A DNA stretch of 63,640 nt, counting the filler, from Aduncisulcus paluster (lineage: Eukaryota): assembly GCA_024181965.1 (NCBI GenBank). It is 28 parts of 28 records of this genome, joined end to end, with 100 filler letters (N's around TTAATTAATTAA, not from the genome) between each part and the next. Parts side by side here need not be neighbours in the genome. Positions count along the whole stretch, not along the records: positions 59,004 to 61,873 come from BQXS01007216.1; positions 61,974 to 63,640 come from BQXS01007241.1; 26 more parts are not named here. One strand, given 5' to 3'. Position 1 is the stretch's first letter. Every line of letters begins with the position of its first letter. Shown here one piece after another: positions 59,640 through 63,640 of this stretch. The translations under genes were made by a program, and so were the position numbers. The notes below the pieces were generated by a model that saw only the letters and a list, made by a program, of their open reading frames with translations, searched no databases and was not told the DNA's origin.

Positions 59640-60760
59640 ATGGCAATTTCTCCCGTCGCGTACCCGCTGGGTGCGCCGACCATCACCGACAACAAGATCA
59701 CCGTCGACCTGGCACTTAAGACGCCGGGCCGGATCAACAAGCGGCTTTCGGATCTCACGTTGCAGAAGTTCATTGCAACGGAGCTGTTTTCAGCATCGGG
59801 TGCTGACACCACCTCCGGGGCGGTCATCTACGACGTGATNNNNNNNNNNNNNNNNNNNNNNNNNNNNNNNNNNNNNNNNNNNNNNNNNNNNNNNNNNNNN
59901 NNNNNNNNNNNNNNNNNNNNNNNNNNNNNNNNNNNNNNNNNNNNNNNNNNNNNNNNNNNNNNNNNNNNNNNNNNNNNNNNNNNNNNNNNNNNNNNNNNNN
60001 NNNNNNNNNNNNNNNCACCACCTCCGGGGCGGTCATCTACGACGTGATCAAGATCAACGAGCTGTACACGAAGAACGACGTGGAACAGCGCGGGCCGTCC
60101 GACGAGTACCCGATCGTCCAGGGTGAGCGCACGCAGCCCGAGGTCGCCAAGTCCGAGGACTGGGGTGGCAAGTTCTGGATGGACGATTCTGCCGTTCGGC
60201 GCAACGACCGGGCGCAGATGGACCGCAAGACAACGCAACTGGGCAACACCATTGTCCGCAAGCTGAATCAGCGCACGACCGCCGTCCTGGAGGACGTAAT
60301 CGCTGGCCTGGGCGGCGCGGGCGTCATCCCCGGTCACGACTGGGGCAACGTCACCCTGACCGGGAACTCGCCGACCCCGAACAACGCGCGCCCGTTCGCC
60401 GACATCATCGCCGCGCAGCTGGCGGCCGATGTCGAGGAACTGGGCTACGAGTACAACGTCTGGATCGTCAACCCCGTGCAGTACGCGGATCTGCGGATCG
60501 CGTACGGCCCGGACCTGACTCAGATCTTGGAGGACGCAGACATCTCGATGTTCCGGTCTAACCGGGTCGCCAACGGCACCGCCTATGCGGCCGTGCGCGG
60601 TGGCGTCGGCTTCCTCGACTACGAGCAGGGTCTCACCACCGAGACGTGGCGCACCCCGGAAAACAAGAAGAACTGGGTGCAGTCCTACGTCCTGCCCATC
60701 ATGGGCGTCACCGACCCGTACGCCGTCAAGAAGGTGACCGGCCTGAAGGGTGCCCCGTAA
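59640..60760 (+). CDS. Phage major capsid protein
   Basis: GGAAGGG RBS; MAISPVAYPLGAP...GAVIYD...EYPIV...DWGGK...VTDPYAVKKVTGL; spans a gap. Confidence 0.75.
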
Positions 60761-61176
60761 TGCCCGAGGCGACCCGGCACCGGGTGACAGCGGCCACGTG
60801 GGAATACGTGACCCCTGCGGGCACGCGGCGGCGTGCGTTCTTCGGCGAGATCGTCGAACTCACTGACGATGAGGTCGAGCGTGGCCTCAAGATCGGTGCG
60901 CTTGGCGTCGAGCTGCCGGCCGAATCGAGCGATCCCGAAAGTGATTCGGCCGAGGCGGAAGTCACCGACGACGGCGACGGTGGGGGTGGCGATCCCAACC
61001 CCACCGAGACCGATACCGGTGACACGGGCGAGGCCGCCAGCACCGACGGCGGCCCCCAGGGCGACGCACCCCCGGAGAAGCCGCTCAAGGCCGCTACCAA
61101 GCCCGTCCTGGNNNNNNNNNNNNNNNNNNNNCAGGACAAGGCCGACCTGTGGGCACTGATCGAGGCCACGGACTAG
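60760..61176 (+). CDS. Phage hypothetical protein with an acidic linker
   Basis: TAATG overlap with the capsid stop; MPEATRHRVTAATWEYVTPAG...KADLWALIEATD. Confidence 0.6.
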   Translation: MPEATRHRVTAATWEYVTPAGTRRRAFFGEIVELTDDEVERGLKIGALGVELPAESSDPESDSAEAEVTDDGDGGGGDPNPTETDTGDTGEAASTDGGPQGDAPPEKPLKAATKPVLXXXXXXXQDKADLWALIEATD

Positions 61177-61180
61177 TTTC

Positions 61181-61543
61181 GTGACCGACTTCCTTGACGT
61201 AGAGGCGTTCGCCGCCAGGTTCCGGCCGCTGACGGCAGCTGAAAAACTGGTGGCGGCGCCTCTACTCACGGTCGTCTCCGATTGGATTCGCGACAAGAAG
61301 CCAGCCATTGCCGATGACGATCCGGCCGCCCAGATCGTCACCTTCGAGGTCACCCGAGACGCACTGATGTACGGGGAGTTCGGGCCCGTCTCGTCGTTCA
61401 CCAAGACAGTTGGCCATCGCACCAAACAGGCCGCGATCGATCGCGAAGCCATCGAGAAGTTCATCGCGCGCCGTCACTACCGCATGCTTGGTCTCTCGGT
61501 ACAGGCCAAGGCGCGCGGCCACTTCCCGAGGTGCGACTACTGA
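61181..61543 (+). CDS. Phage head-to-tail adaptor-like protein
   Basis: 120-aa ORF (FAARFRPLT...SFTKTVG) in the expected position. Confidence 0.6.
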   Translation: MTDFLDVEAFAARFRPLTAAEKLVAAPLLTVVSDWIRDKKPAIADDDPAAQIVTFEVTRDALMYGEFGPVSSFTKTVGHRTKQAAIDREAIEKFIARRHYRMLGLSVQAKARGHFPRCDY

Positions 61544-61873
61544 TGATGGATACCCTCGGTGGCCAGCGGCTCGGGATCGTGTGGGATGTGCCGGTTCTCG
61601 ACGAGCACGGCGATCCGATCCTCGATGAGTACCGCAAGCCGAAGGTGACCGAACGCGTTGTGTGGGCGAGCGATTGTCTATTCGAGGTGCAGTCGACGGC
61701 CGAGGACAACCAGGCCATCACCACCACGACCAGCGAGCAGGCCTGGGCGTTCATGCCGGTCATCGATGGCCACGTGCCCGCCGTCGACGACAACGCCGCC
61801 GCTGCGCCGATCGCCGTCGCTGATATCCGATCGGCCAGCCGAATTCGGCACCTTGGCCACGACTACGGAATGG
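61543..61873 (+). CDS. Phage head-to-tail stopper-like protein (partial)
   Basis: TGATG overlap; DEHGDP motif; follows the adaptor gene. Confidence 0.5.
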
Positions 61874-62933
61874 NNNNNNNNNNNNNNNNNNNNNNNNNNN
61901 NNNNNNNNNNNNNNNNNTTAATTAATTAANNNNNNNNNNNNNNNNNNNNNNNNNNNNNNNNNNNNNNNNNNNNCTGCATGAAAGAAATGATTATATCTCC
62001 AATTTCCCGGAATGCGGGAAAATATAACATCTTTCACACAATCACCAACATTAATTGTTATTCTAATATTCGAACGCTTGCCATCATCGCTTCCGACCAC
62101 TGTAGTTCGTCGACTTGATTGTTTTTTCTTTAACCATATATTTAACGTAAAAGAATAAATTTGATCGGCCATATGATCATATAGATTCTCTAATATTAAC
62201 AATTGGTATTTTTTATAATTAAAATTGTGATCAAGTGGATAGATTTTTTATTATTTTCCATTTCGCCCAGGCGACAATATTAACCGAAACCGCTCTGTCG
62301 ATCATCATGATCGACGTGTCTTTTAGTTTTGCCAAACCATAATTGCCAATAATGCACAAAAAATAACTAAAATGATATTATTAACTTTTTTCTTGTATTT
62401 TAGTCTATCCCCGATCTTATCTTCAATATACGAAGTTCGTCACTATTCATTTCTGGGGTGTTTAAAAAGAATCGTCAAAATAAGTGAAATATATATTCAA
62501 TACGTTGCGAGTTAATATTCAATATTATATTGTTTTATTATTCTCCCTTCGCTGTCACGCATGAGAAAGATGGATCTCCAGCTTCTCAACAATAATGACA
62601 TTTTTAGCTTTTCTTTTGATAACTCAATCACATTTGCCAATACTATTCAATTAAATCATTGTTAGTTGAGAATCATTGTTTCAATTGGTTGAAAAATCCA
62701 ATCTGGGTCCTCTCCATAAAAAGAGGTACATCTTTGAACAATTCTCCTCCTTTCCCTTTGTAACATCAGCAAAAGAGATACAATAACAATAATAATATCA
62801 ATAAAATATTAAACTTACAACCAATCTGATCTCAAATTGATTATAAACCCTAATCAAAGAAATTGTATAATAAGAATACATTCACGAGTAAATAATGTAT
62901 ACATATATAAATATATAAAGAGAAAAAGAACAA

Positions 62934-63640
62934 TTATACCCATATTTTATCCCAGTTAGGTCCCCTCTTAACCTTATATATTCTCACTAACCAAGTACTT
63001 GAAGTGTAAACTTCTTCAAACTCATGTAGCCTATCCATCGTTGCCAAATGGGGCGATACAAGTTGCTTTCTGGCTCTATCTACACACGTGTATGTCTTGT
63101 CATTACGAATGGCTGTGGCAAGTGACGCGGAAGAAGCATTGGACTCAATGTATGAAGCTCCACCATAACGTTCAACAGCAGATCGTGTAGAAGGAGCCAT
63201 GACGTCACAAAATCCATCATATGCGAATCGCATCAATACACACTCGGATAACCGTTTCTTCATGGATAAAGAGGTGGTGAAGACACCATTCTCATCGACG
63301 ACATCATACAGAGAAAGAGAGTTGATATCAGGTCTTGGATCATCTACATCAGCTCCTTGACCAATCTTGGCAATCCACGTGAACTTGTTGACATCATCAC
63401 CAGGGTATCCATTCACTCCACCGAATTGAACCATAACATAGTCGACACCCATACGCCGGCATTCATCTGCAGCGTCTTCTTCTCTAAGGCCTAAAACACG
63501 CCCAATCTTCGCGATATGTTCAGTATTCCACGTATTGTTATCACTGGTTGTTATGCTTTCACTCAGCACAGATAGTTGGTAACCATAGTCCCACCAGCTC
63601 ATGATTACAGCTTCATCAGACATGGTGTCATATATAAACC
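62934..63640 (-). CDS. STT3: Oligosaccharyltransferase STT3, C-terminal domain (eukaryote, partial)
   Basis: MSWWDYGYQ, DNNTWN..HIA, DVNKFTWI (DK motif) and FEEVYTS..WLVRIYKV. Confidence 0.95.
   Translation of the reverse strand, partial: FIYDTMSDEAVIMSWWDYGYQLSVLSESITTSDNNTWNTEHIAKIGRVLGLREEDAADECRRMGVDYVMVQFGGVNGYPGDDVNKFTWIAKIGQGADVDDPRPDINSLSLYDVVDENGVFTTSLSMKKRLSECVLMRFAYDGFCDVMAPSTRSAVERYGGASYIESNASSASLATAIRNDKTYTCVDRARKQLVSPHLATMDRLHEFEEVYTSSTWLVRIYKVKRGPNWDKIWV

Larger units (their letters stand above)
59004..61873 (+). mobile_element. Mycobacterial prophage head/neck module
   Basis: GC-rich, co-oriented, tightly coupled ORFs in siphovirus order: protease/scaffold, decoration, major capsid, unknown, adaptor, stopper. 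Confidence 0.8.

Overview
This window is not one locus. It is 28 short scaffolds joined by an artificial N-padded TTAATTAATTAA linker (27 copies), typical of a pseudo-concatenated draft assembly of a non-axenic protist culture. Sources inferred from composition and protein similarity: (1) an AT-rich eukaryote, probably an anaerobic protist of unresolved lineage, contributing an expanded 18S rRNA 3' half, chromovirus-type retrotransposon pieces, a giant internalin-like LRR protein, an Aquarius-like helicase, a cytochrome b5 fusion, STT3 and an intron-bearing MFS gene; (2) AT-rich Campylobacterota (Arcobacter/Sulfurimonas-like): flgE, gyrB, pyrC, carA-proC, petAB, purE, MCPs, an aldehyde dehydrogenase, TIGR03032-DsbC and a ferrosome-like cluster; (3) a GC-rich mycobacterium: FAAL, DGPF/YciI pair, Lhr, ABC-F, murE-murF-mraY and a prophage head module; (4) a Bradyrhizobium-like alphaproteobacterium: rne, P450, HD protein-ureC; (5) a Clostridia-like bacterium. 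The best candidates for something new are an unannotated ~325-nt minus-strand structured RNA with a tRNA-like A/B-box head beside a chromovirus 3' end (15101-15425), a ferrosome (fez)-like gene cluster in a Campylobacterota scaffold (25748-27330), and a bacterial-type DHA2 MFS gene carrying a spliceosomal intron (30267-30908). All family and taxon calls come from motif recognition by eye; no searches were run.
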